Source of the DNA: Octopus sinensis
Lineage: Eukaryota
Direction of reading: 5' to 3'
DNA length: 64,000 nt
NCBI RefSeq assembly: GCF_006345805.1
Contig: NC_043023.1
Coordinates: 8,556,001-8,620,000, forward strand
Shown: positions 12,329 to 25,241 of the stretch, piece by piece
Layout: every line of letters begins with the position of its first letter
How positions within the stretch are numbered: position 1 is the first letter of the stretch
Notes under the pieces: model-generated
What the model was told of the DNA's origin: nothing
The model's input: only the letters and a program-made list of their open reading frames with translations
Databases searched by the model: none
Translations under genes and position numbers: made by a program

Positions 12329-12476
12329 TAAAACGGTAAGATAACAAAAGAAAGAAAGAGACCTCAATATTATGTAAATAGAGGAAATTTACATCGGCAT
12401 CTGAAACTCAGAGTTTTATCTTGACTATCGAGTAATGTAACATATAATTGTATATATATATATATATATATATAAA

Positions 12477-12986
12477 CAAGATGATTGAAAAATAATTCTC
12501 TATTTTAAAATACTAATAAATTATAAATTAATTGTAATTTTTACCAAAAAGATTGATACGAGAGGAAAGGTTGTAGTATGAGGTTTTATTTCAGATTTGA
12601 TATGGGCTCCAGATGTTGACACCAGCTTCTTGAGTTGCCCAGGAATTGTGTCAACTGATTTCGCCAGGAACTCTTGTGGGATTGAAGAAGACATAACTTC
12701 TAGTATTCGCCCTTCAAGTTTTTTTCAAAGTCTTTAGTTTGGCACAGTAGACTTGTTCCTATAACGAACCCCCAAAAAAGAAGTTACGGAGGTGTTAAGT
12801 TGGGACACCTAACAGCCCACTTATGCGGACAATGATGACCCATCCGTCTCCTTGGGAAGTGGGCATTTAGCCATTACAGATTACTCTCACATACTTCAGA
12901 AAATGAACACTAAAAACTGAGAAAAGAATTACAATTAATAAATAATTGTTAAGTATTTTAAAATAGAGTTACTTTCCAATCACCCG
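12477..12986 (-). mobile_element. Internally deleted Tc1/mariner element
   Basis: TIR-like ends c(a/g)(a/g)g(a/g)tgattg(a/g)aaa...ctctattttaaaatact in TA context, and a degenerate WPxxSPDLTPxDFFxWG-type C-terminal coding remnant. Confidence 0.65.
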
Positions 12987-13482
12987 TATATGTATATATA
13001 TATGTGTATACATATATGTGTGTGTGTGTATTCTTTTATTTGTTTCAATAATTTGACTGTGGCCATGCTGGAGCACCCCAGGACTTATTCTTTGTAAGAC
13101 TAGTACTTATTCTATCTGTCTCTTTCACTGAGCCACTGAGTTATGGGGATGTAAACACACCAACATCGATTGTCAATTGATGGTTGGGGGTACAAACACA
13201 GACACACAGACATATATACACACACACGTATATATACATGATGGGCTTATTTCAATTTCTATCCACGAAATCCACTCATAAGGCTTTGGTCGGCCCAAGG
13301 CTATAGTAGAAGACACTTGCCCAAGATGCCATGCAGTGGGACTGAACCCGGAACCATGTGGTTGGTAAGCAAGCTACTTACCACACAGCCACTCCTGCGA
13401 TTATTTGTGGTTAAAAGTTGAAACAGAGTTAGTATTCTTGTTTGCATTCTGTTTAGATGTCCATTTGCTCTACGTCTGTAGA

Positions 13483-14080
13483 TACTTACTTGTACTTGTG
13501 ACAGCGTTCACCCAGGGCGGGTTGAGCCAGCTTCTTCTCTGGTCCTGATGGCATCATGAACCATGGCGGCCCATGCTTGAGGGTCCTGTGCGAGGTCACT
13601 GGAGATAGCAAGCCATTCGCGGTTTCATCTGCACAGACCGACCACCTGTGGACCTGAAAGTTCGGAGAGGTCCTCCTTTATCGTCGTTGCCCAGGTCTTC
13701 AGCCTCCGGCCCATGCGTTTGTGCCAGTCGGGAAGTGGAGGTGGGAGGAGGACATCACAAATCAGCTCACCCTAAAGTCCAACCCCTCCTCAAAGCAGTA
13801 GGGTGGTGTAAACGGGCAGTGTCAGAGCTATTCCGTCGGGAACTTCGGTTCCTGGTAGGGCCACCCAAGGTGGATTGGTCTGGCACCGAGCGGTATTAGG
13901 ACCGCAGCCTGGCCAACGGGGACCCGGTAAAAAATTCCAAGAGGCGTCTGGTCAGCAACCGGCGGCTTCGAGGTCGTTCTGTCCCTGCGTCTGTGGAAAC
14001 TCCGCAGCAAACAGTGCGTCCCGTCACTCAGGATATGCATGCGGGATGTCAGGGACCACTTGTGAATTCAATATTCCCAC
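13483..14080 (-). mobile_element. RTE LINE 3' fragment (decayed)
   Basis: Minus-strand frame PDWHKRMGRRLKTWATTIKEDLSELSGP...DLAQDPQAW...AGSTRPG*, followed by a caagtacaagtaagta tail. Confidence 0.75.
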
Positions 14081-16461
14081 AAAACTTCTATGAATCCTAC
14101 TGCTACCATGGCAATAAATATGAATACAAATATGCCCGTAGATAAATTAGGTGGTTAATTAATCCAAAATATAGTTTTGTAAAATAGAATTTTCTGTTTA
14201 AAGCCCTGGGTGGATATTCGGAAAACCCCAGTATACCATTTACTCATTTACTTGTTTCAGTCATTTGACTGCGGCCATGCTGGAGCACCGCCTTTAGTCG
14301 AGCAAATCAACCCCAGGACTTATTCTTTGTAAGCTTAGTATTTATTCTATCGGTCTCTTTTGCTGAACTGCTAAGTTACAGGGACATAAACACACCAGCA
14401 TCGGTTGTCAAGCGATGTTGAAGGGACAAACACAGACACATAAACATATACACACACACACATATATATATATATATGATGGACTTCTTTCAGTTTCTGT
14501 CCACCAAATCCACTCACAAGGCTTACAGGTCCAGATATGGCAATGTTCTTAATTTACTGACACAGTCAGCCTGATTTCAAAATGGTATGATATGTTGGGC
14601 TATGGCCCCTATGAGTAAATTTGAAGATGTGTGACTCACTGATATTTGCATTTATAGTATTAGATATGCATACATACACACACACATGAATATCCATACG
14701 TGTATGTCTCTCTCTCTCTATATATATATATGTATCATCATCATCATCATTATCATCGTTTAACGTCCGCTTTCCATGCTTGGCATGGGTTTGACGGTTT
14801 GACTGTGGGCTGGCGAACCAGATGGCTGCACCAGGCTCCAATCTTGATCTGGCAGAGTTTCTACAGTTGGATGCCCTTCCTAACGCCAACCACTCTGAGA
14901 GTGTAGTGGGTGCTTTTTACGTACCACCGGCATGGGGACTGGTCAGGCGGTGACCTGGCAGAAACATTAGCATGCCGGGCGAAATGCTTAGCAGTATTTC
15001 GTCTGCCATTACGTTCTGAGTTCAAATTCCGCCGAGGTCGACTTTGCCTTTCATCCTTTCGGGGTCGATAAATTAAGTACCAGTTATGCACTGGGATCGA
15101 TGTAATCGACTTAATCGGTATGTCTGTCCTTGTTTGTTCCCTCTGTGTGTAGCCCCTGTGGGTAGTAAAGAAATAGGTACTGGCAACGACTTCGCTCGAA
15201 TCCTTTTATACATGCCACCAGCACAGGTGCCAGTAAGGCGACTTTGGTAACGATCACGCTCGAATGGTGCCCTTTTACATGCCACTGGCACAGAACATGC
15301 TCGGATGGTGCTCTTGGCACCCTACTAGCACGGAAACAAGTGACAGTAGGGCAACGCTGGTAACGATCACGCTTGAATGGTGCCCTTTAAGTGCCACTGG
15401 CACGGAAGCCGCTCTGTCAATGATCACGCTCGTATGGTGCTCTTTGCATCATCATCATCATCGTTTTACGTCCGCTTTCCATGCTAGCATGGGTTGGATG
15501 ATTCAACTGGGGTCTGGGAAGCCCGAAGGCTGCACCAGGCCAGTCAGATCTGGCGGTGTTTCTACAGCTGGATGCCCTTCCTAACACCAACCACTCCGTG
15601 AGTGTAGTGGGTGCTTTTTATGTGCCACCGACACAGGTGCTAGACAAGGCTGGCGAACGGCCACGCTTGGATGGTGTTTATTACATGCCACCGGCACGGA
15701 GGCCAGGCGAGGCTGGCACGGCCACAATCAGATGGTGTTTGTTGCATGCCACCAGCACGGAGGCCAGTCGATGCGGAGCTGGCTACGGCCACGTTCGGAT
15801 GGTACTCTTATGTGCCACCGGCACTGGTACCACAAACTATAAATTCCATTGATGTTGATCGATTTCGATTTGATTCTTTGATTTTCACTTGCCTTAACAG
15901 GTCTTCACATGTAGAGTTATATGTCCCAAGAAAGAAGGTATGAACAGGTGGACTGACTACATCCCAGGTAGGGGCTACGGGTTGTGGCCTCACTTGTCCT
16001 GCCGGGTCTTCTCACGCACAGCATACTTCCAATGATCTCGGTCTCTGGTCATTTCCTCGGTGAGACCTAAAGAGCGAAGGTCGTGTTTCACCACTTCGTC
16101 CCAGGTTTTCATATGTACATATATAAAGCACACAGCACAAACTGTAAATTGCTTAGCATTTGTAGAATACATCCAAAGAAACCGAACCGAATCAGACCAG
16201 AACCTGGTGCAGCATTATGGATTGGCACCTCATGTTACAGCTTATGCTAGCATATCAATGGAAACATCTATGAAGGATGATGATGATAACGAAGACAACC
16301 AAGAAAACACAACATAAACAAAACCAATTTCAGTTCAATCTTTTATTCATGTCACACTGCGACACATATGGCAGCATATTAAAAAAGATTCACAAAAAGA
16401 AGAAGAAGAAAAAGACGATGACAAATTTCAATTTACCCTTTTATTCATTATTCCCATTTCT

Positions 16462-17073
16462 GGATCTTTTTGGTTTGAACGGCAGTTTTTTTCTAGCGGT
16501 GTCATATAAAATTGTCACCCATAATTATGACCCTAGTATCGATATATTGCATTTCAATCTGTTTTAGGGTTAGGGGTGGAGGAAGGGTATATTTTTTTCT
16601 TCACAAATGTAAATAAACCCAATCTGTTTCTTAAACGAGGGACATATTCATACGGCACAGAATGAATTAAACGAGGGACATATTCATACGGCACATTCAT
16701 CGTTGTTCGACCGTGGTCGAGACAATGTAATTTACCATGCTACGCCAGACTTCACGGTCCATCATGGCATTACGGAGGTCCTGTTGCTGGATGCCTGTAT
16801 CTCTGGAGATTACATCAGGGTAGGAGAGTGTGCGCCCTCTGGTATTGCAAGTAGATGGCTTCCAGAGGAGAAGAGGAGAAATTACCTCTTTTTCAACTCT
16901 ATAACAATGTCCAGCAAACTGGACTCTCCTACCTTTCACAAGAGATGACACAGGTCAATTTTCTCAAGAAAGCTAAGAGAAAAAATGTTTTATTTCGATA
17001 CATTCTACCAGTATACGAAGTTTAAAAGTGTTTAGTTAACTAGAAATTGTATGCCGTTCAAAAGGAAAAGATC
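16462..17073. mobile_element. Composite: MITE-A left arm + 5'-truncated RTE-X-like LINE (16694-16955, minus) + MITE-B right arm
   Basis: The two TIRs belong to different subfamilies, there is no TSD, and the LINE matches 40361-40931. Confidence 0.8.
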
Positions 17074-17679
17074 CTACTCCTTTTCCAGCACATAAATTAA
17101 CTGCATCGTTGACCCCTTAAAGTGGATGCGTAGAGATAGAGTAAACAAACAGAGTGGATAGAGAATAATAGTGAAAGAGAATGAAACCATTCTCATAGAG
17201 AAAACACAGGAAAACTCTTCATTTTGGATGATGTATGAGAAAGTCATTGAAAATATGGAAACTGAAAAGAGAAATGTTTACTGTCTCTGCCTACCCACAA
17301 ACCCCAACATAATTAGGCATAACTACAGATGTATAGCCACCACTCCCCCTCAACTTCAGTAATTATAATCTATGCCATTCGAAAGGTAATTGCATGAAAT
17401 TTCATTAAAATATGCACATTTTCCTGAAAGTTACAAGGAAGAAAATGTTGGGTTGTGTGTATTTTCCCAAACTCCTTTCCCCAACCCCTTGGAAAAACTT
17501 TTTCAACAAATCTTTCCATACAATCAATCAACAGGATCTAAGTGATTATTTGTTGAAACTTTTGTCAAAAAGCATCCATTTTTCCAGAATTTATGAGGCA
17601 ACAAATTCAGTGGTGTATACACCAATATATATATTTACGAAGTCTAGACAAATATCTTCAGCTAGCAGGCCTCTGCTAC

Positions 17680-17725
17680 TCTAGACTGATGATGGGCAAG
17701 ACCCAGAAACATGCATGTCTCTAGA
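17680..17725 (+). ncRNA. Type I hammerhead ribozyme (minimal, palindromic stem III)
   Basis: tctaga-CTGATGA-tggg(caaga)ccca-GAAA-catgcat-GTC-tctaga. Stem I 6 bp, stem II 4 bp, stem III palindrome ACATGCATGT, predicted cleavage after C17719. Confidence 0.85.
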
Positions 17726-18127
17726 TGCAGGCCTAGCTGTTGGGGATGTTTGTCTCCCCTTCGTAAATATATAAGGACACAGGAAATGTATCAAGGCAGA
17801 CAGGAAGCATCGATGCTTCCTAGGGCTAAACAGCGGTGGTGTAATTCCCTTACAGGACTGTCACGTTAAGTTGACAGTATACAACGACTCTGTCACTCCA
17901 CCACCGTACATATCTCTATGAGATATTTAGAAATTTAATATTTCTGATTATGGGATAATTATTTGATAGTTATTAAATGAAGTCTCTTTTAATAGATGCC
18001 TACATTTTTTATATTTTCTGTGAAGTTTTCATGGATCCAGCTATAAGAAATTGTTATCATGCAAAGAAATGCATCACAAAAATCATGTAAAAAAACGAAA
18101 ATCACAAAAAACAAGAGTAGTAATGAT

Positions 18128-18534
18128 GGACCTTTTCTGTTTGAACGGCAGTTTTTAAAAATATTTTCCACGTAACTAAACACTTTTAAACTTCGTATAC
18201 TGATAGAATGTGTTTATAAAACATCTTTTTCTCTTGGCTTTCTTGAGAAAATTCTATAGTTTGTAAGATATTTGTTGGTTTTTTTCTTCAATTTCAACCA
18301 ATCAATGACGTCTATTAAGGTGAAAACATTCTGTGCCGTATGAATATGTCCCTCGTTTAAGAAACAGATTGAGTTTATTTACATTTCTGAAGAAAAAAAG
18401 ATACCCTTCCCTCACTCCTAACCCTAATCCTAAAACAGATTGAAATGCAATAGATCAATACTAGGGTCATAATTATGGGTGACAAATTCATATGACACCG
18501 CTAGAAAAAACTGCCGGTCAAACCGAAAAGATCC
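18128..18534. mobile_element. Non-autonomous MITE, subfamily A (TIR GGATCTTTTCGGTTTGAACGGCAGTTTT), 8-bp TSD, probably Merlin-type. Other copies at 22099-22499, 27271-27978, ~32063-32749, 36620-37296, 38273-38669, 45929-46628, ~47440-48258
   Basis: Terminal inverted repeats. Flanks gtaatgat/gtaatgtt here and catcatta/catcatta at 27271-27978. GG-starting TIRs with 8-9 bp TSDs are characteristic of Merlin (established). Confidence 0.8.
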
Positions 18535-19888
18535 GTAATGTTAACTTGGGAATCCAAAATTTCAGGCTTACAGGTCCAGATTCTCCCTGGAAAGTTCTTA
18601 TTTTACCCACAGATTGAGCCTGATTCCAAAATGGTATGATATGTTGGGCTACGGCCTCTAGGAGTAAAGTTGAAAAAGTGTGAATCACTGATATTCGCAT
18701 TTATAGTATTAGATATGCACACATACATACACACACACATGAATGGACGTGTGTGTGTGTGTATATATCATCATCATCATTTAACGTCCGTTTTCCATGC
18801 TAGCATGGGTTGGATAATTTGACCGGGATCTGGGAAGCCAGAAGGCTGCACCAGGCTCCAGTCTGATCTGGCAGAGTTTCTACAGCTGGATGCCCTTCCA
18901 CATATATATATATTTTTTTTTACCTACAAAACTTAAATGACTGACCACTAACTTTTAGTGGTCAGTCCTTTAAATTTTGAATGTAAAAAATATTTTAATC
19001 TTTGGATTCTTCTAATATGCTAGGCCACTGGTTTTAATTGATTAATATCAATTTCTACCCTTATTCAATTTTATAAATATATATGCTGTGTGGCAGGTAA
19101 AAAGCACCATTTGAGCATGATCGTCACCAGCATTGCCTTACTGGCACGTGAAAAAGTATTCGAGAGAGGTCAATGCCAGTGCTGCTGGACTGGTTCCTGT
19201 GCAGGTGGCAGGTAAAAAACACCATTTCAGCATGGCCGTTGCCAGTACAGCCTGACAAGTCTTCATGCCAGTGACATGTATAAGGACCCACTACACTCTT
19301 CGAGTGGTTGGCATTAGGAAGGGCATCAAGATGTCCAAACTCTGCCAGATCAGAAAGGAGCCTGGTGCAGCCATTTCGTTCACCAGTCCTCAGTCAAATC
19401 GTCCAACCCATGCTAGCTTGGAAGGCGGATGTTAAATGATGATGATGATGATATAAAGCACACAGCATAAAATGTAAACTGGTTAATATTAGGAGAATAC
19501 ATCCAAAGCAACCAAAACAAATCAGACTGGAACCTAGTGCAGCATTAGGGCTTGCCAGCTCATGTCAAACTGTCCCACCCATGACAGCATATAAAGAAAA
19601 GCTATCGCTGAAGGATGATGATGATGAAAATGACGACAATGATGAAAGTACATAGACAAAACCAATTTCAGTTTAATTCAGTTTTTATTCATTATTCCCA
19701 TTTCTTTATTCTCTCATAACAAATTCCTCAAAACTCCAGCATGACCATCTTCAGAAATCAAAGTCTTTGCTGAATTTGATGTTGACATTGATGAAATTTG
19801 AAGAGTTAAAAAAAATCCCTGTCTCTTTGCAGAAAAACTAGAAGTAATTTTAGGCATGTTGTAACAAATTTTAATACTTATACAGTCA

Positions 19889-20014
<126 letters not shown>

Positions 20015-20056
20015 TTATGAAAATGATTTACTGCAGATAATACATTGATATGGCTT

Positions 20057-21023
<967 letters not shown>

Positions 21024-22677
21024 ATATATCACAAGGATATTGTTTTTTTCTTTCCTATGAATATGTTTGCGTTCAGTTCAGTTAGTATTTTCAGTGAGTA
21101 ATTTAATGCTATGTTTCTTTCAGCTGTGATCTTAATATCTAAATTTGCAGGTGAAAACTGTCAGGTCCTTCGTAAAGTTATCCAAACTTGTAAAGCAATC
21201 ACGTCCATAAAAATATCAAAAGTCACATCTGAACGACAAGATTTCTTTTATGTCAACATTATCTGATATTCTGAAAGAGGAAAAGAAACAGTGAGATAAA
21301 GAGAATAGTTAAGTGACATAATAATTCAACATTGCAAATTTTACAACATCAATACTGTCATCCGTTTAATGCCAATGTTCATTGAAGTGTTGAAAGACTG
21401 GCATACCTACACAACTTTTACTGTTTTACTTGTTACAGATATTTGACTGTGACCATGCTGGAGCACCACCTTACAGTCAAGCTAATCGACGCAGGACTTA
21501 TTGTTTGGAAGCCTAGTACTTATTCTACCGGTTGCATTTGCTGAACCGCTAAGTTACGGGCACATAAACAGACCAGCATCGGTTGTCAAGCGATGTTGGG
21601 GAGACAAACACATATATATATATATATACACACACACGCACATATACAAAGGGCTTCTTTCAGTTTCCGTCTATGAAATCCACTCACAAGGCTTAGTTCG
21701 GCCCTACGCCTACCTTCCTCATACCTTTCAGGAAAATCCCTTTTTTTATATCTAAGACAAGCGAGCATATTTTCTCAATCTTTCTATGCATTTTCACAGA
21801 TTGCAGTAACTTCGAAGGGTTCACAGAATTCCATTATTTACTGGCAGAATCATTAGCATACTGCACAAAATGCTTAACAGCATTTCGTCCGTCTTTACTC
21901 TAACACTTCAAAGTCCGCCGAGGTCGACTTTGCCTTTCGAGATCGATAAAATAAGAACAGTACTGGGGTCCATGGGATCGACTTACGCCCTTCTACCAAA
22001 TTTCAGGACTTGTGCCTAAAGTACCAAAGATTATTATTATCTTTTACTCACCCTGAAAAAAATAAAAGACATAGTCGATCTCGACAGAAAGTCTTGGGGG
22101 ATATTTTCGGTTTGAACGGCAGTTTTTTTCTAGCGGTGTCATATGAAATTGTCACCCATAATTATGACCCTAGTATCGATCTATTGCATTTCAATCTATT
22201 TTAGGGTTAGGGGTGGGGGAAAGGGTATCTTTTTTTCTTCAGAAATGTAAATAAACCCAATCTGTTTATAAACGAGGGACATATTCATACGGCACATAAT
22301 GTTTTCACCTTAGCAGACGTCATTGATTGGTTGAAATTGAAGAAAAAAACAACAAATATCTTACAAACTATAGAATTTTCTCAAGAGAGCCAAGAGAAAA
22401 AGATGTTTTATAAACACACTCTACCAGTATACAAAGTTTAAAAGTGTTTAGTTACATGGAAAATGATTTTAAAAACTGCCGTTCAAACCGAAAAGATCCC
22501 AGAGTCGATATCGACAGTAAGTCTTGGGTTCAAATACAGCCGAGGTTGACTTTGCCGTTCATCCCTTTCAGGAAATTCTGGGGTCCGTGTAATCGACTCC
22601 CACTCGCCCGGGGCCAAAATTTGAAACCACCATTACTATTATTAATATAACCTTAAAGCAAATCTTAATTAACTTAC

Positions 22678-23189
22678 CGTTTTATCAATGCCTAATTAAC
22701 AACGGGACAGAATTAATTAATGTGGAATTCTTCAATCGGTTTCTTCTCATTTTACTAAATAATTATGCCACATTACATTCATTTTTACCAACTAATTTAC
22801 TTTATATCACATGTATCAGTCGGTCATAGTATTTTATAAACAACAGATCAACATTTCAGTTTGGAAATTATTAATTAAGACGAACAAATATATTTTCCTA
22901 ATTGTTGTCAGGTTCCCGCTTGGAAAAATAATTACTGTAACATCGAGAGGTTCACAGAATTCTATTATTTACCTTATTATTAGTAGTATTATCAACACTA
23001 TTACAGCCTTAAAGTAAATCTTGTCAACTTACCGTATTCACAAATAAACAGTGACTCAGTGATTGGTAATTAACCTCCCTAATTAACTTCCCTAATTAGC
23101 TATTTTGGCCCCGTGGTTGATGTCTTGTAGAAGTTGTGTCCCTTGATATGATTGTATTTCCTCAATTCTCCAACAGATAGCGCTACTGA
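22678..23189 (-). promoter_or_regulatory. Candidate initiator and two non-coding 5' exons of ZF1 (paralogues upstream of ZF3 at ~37492-38149 and ZF4 at ~46807-47319; partial upstream of ZF2)
   Basis: Minus-strand CG|GTAAGT donors at 23033 and 22678, a ttacag acceptor at 22935, and TCAGT at 23189-23185. The TCAGT is retained in three paralogues while its flanks vary. Confidence 0.5.
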
Positions 23190-25004
23190 CTTCTTGGATT
23201 CGTTCTGGTGTTTTTTTAGCTTTGTCCCTTTCTGTCAATAACTCCATCTTCAAGTTTTTTTAGGGATTTTCATAGAGAAAAAGCACCTTTTTGATGTAAA
23301 TAATTTTTGGTGTTAAGATGGTCCGATTTGAATTTTTTCTTCTACGGAATGAAGAGCAAGCCTTCTTCTATCATACTCTCAAGTTTGGTCAACTTGTGCC
23401 ACAGGGTCTCAGAGGAGATGGTGTTAGTTGAAGGCGACCAAACCTGCCATACACAGACAACTTCAGCTTTATATATATATATATAATTCTCTTTTTTTTT
23501 TTGTTTTTGCATCTCTCTTCTCTTGCCTATTTACACTCTAAGGCCACGAAGTTGGTCTGCTTGGTGGGAGGCGATTTAGTCTACTCTACTGCAGATCACA
23601 CAACTTCACCACCGCAAACATAAATATCTTCATTGTTTAATTCCTGAGCAAGTGTCAAGTTATCTATTTAATAGTTTCTCCCATTTTCCGTCGCCAACGG
23701 TCAAATGACCTTTCACCCATCACACGAATTTTAGTACCAGAGGAACTGCTTTTACTGCCCTGTCACGATGTGTTAAACAGTTTTCTTTGTCTTCTCTTCA
23801 TTTGTACATATATACATATATGTATATTTGACTGAGGTCTGGTGAACCAGACTCCAATCTGATCTGGCAGAGTTTCTACAGCTGGTTGGCATTAGGAAGG
23901 GCATCCAGCTGTAGAAACCCTGCCAGATCAGATTGGAGTCTGGTTTGCCAGACCTCAGTCAAATCGTCCAACCCATGCTAGCATGGAAAGCGGATGTTAA
24001 ATGATGTTGATGATTTGGTAGATTAATGGTAATTCAAAATTTTCCATGACTGATGTGATAGATAATGATGATAATACTTTTTAGATGGTTTAAATTACGA
24101 TTATATACGAATTTGTTGTCAAAATTTTTTTCGGAGAATTTGAAGTCCAGAAGGATTTTGGGTAAAGTTTGATATTTTCATAAAGACAAACAAAAAAACT
24201 CAGATTTTTTGCATTGATTCAAGTACCCTGACCTCGCAATGTGCTGCAAACTCATTTTTGCTTGGAAAAAGTGTGGCGGACCCTCTTCCCCTCGGTGTCA
24301 TTGGAAATATATATATTTATTCATAGGATGATGATGATAATGATATATATATATACACATAGACACATATATATGTGTGTGTGTGTGCATAGGCACACAT
24401 ATATTTGAAGCACACAGCATAAACTCTATTAGGAGAATACACCCAAAGAAACCCAAACAAATCAGACTGGAACCTAGTGCAGCATCATGGTTTGCCAGCT
24501 CATGTCACACTGTGCCACCCATGCCAGTAAAGGAAAAAAGTTTCACTAAAGGATGATGATGATAACAGCAACAATGATGAAAACACATAGACAAAATCAA
24601 CTTCAGTGTAACCTTTTATTCATTATTCCCATTTCTTTATTCTCTCAAAGCAAATTGCTCAAAAATCCAGAGCAATCATCTTCAGAAATCAAAGGCATTG
24701 TTGATATACTTCCATATATATACATGACATTCATGAATTTGATGTTGACATTATTGAAATTGAAGTCGATAACATCATATTTGAAGAGATAAAAATAGCC
24801 CAGTCTTTCAGCAGGAAAACATAGCCATAATTGTTGTAATAAAGATTAATACTGAATGGTTGCACTTTTGTGTGAAGACTCACATGTGTACATAAATGGC
24901 GTTTTTGAGAGAATGATTTACCATAGATATCACAGTGATATGGTTTTTCCCCAGTATGAATATGCTTATAAATAGTCAAGTCACCATTGTATGAGAATGA
25001 TTGA

Positions 25005-25232
25005 CCATAGATATCACAATGATATGGTTTCTATCCCGCACTGGTGTTTAGTTAGGACACCACTTTCAGAGAATGATTTACCACAGATATCACAATGATA
25101 TGGTTTCTATCCTGCACTGGTGTTTAGTTAGGACACCACTTTCAGAGAATGATTTACCACAGATATCACAATGATATGGTTTCTATCCTGCACTGGTGTT
25201 TAGTTAGGACACCACTTTCAGAGAATGATTTA
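25005..25232 (-). repeat. Three tandem 76-bp deleted zinc-finger units (paralogue at 44163-44389)
   Basis: Period of 76 measured from ccacagat/ccatagat at 25005, 25081, 25157 and 25233. Confidence 0.9.
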
Positions 25233-25241
25233 CCACAGATG

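Noticed and set aside
16564-16587. Interstitial telomere or fusion scar
   Set aside because: Only two or three degenerate TTAGGG units are present, and always at the same place inside a MITE.
22811-23017. Recurring ORFs (MYQSVIVFYK..., MHIFLKV..., MFSYxEN...) found two to four times
   Set aside because: Recurrence is explained by segmental duplication or MITE copies. Copies differ by indels and have no protein features.
25005-25232. Regular 76-bp repeats resembling a CRISPR array
   Set aside because: There are no unique spacers, the units are deleted zinc-finger codons, and the context is eukaryotic.
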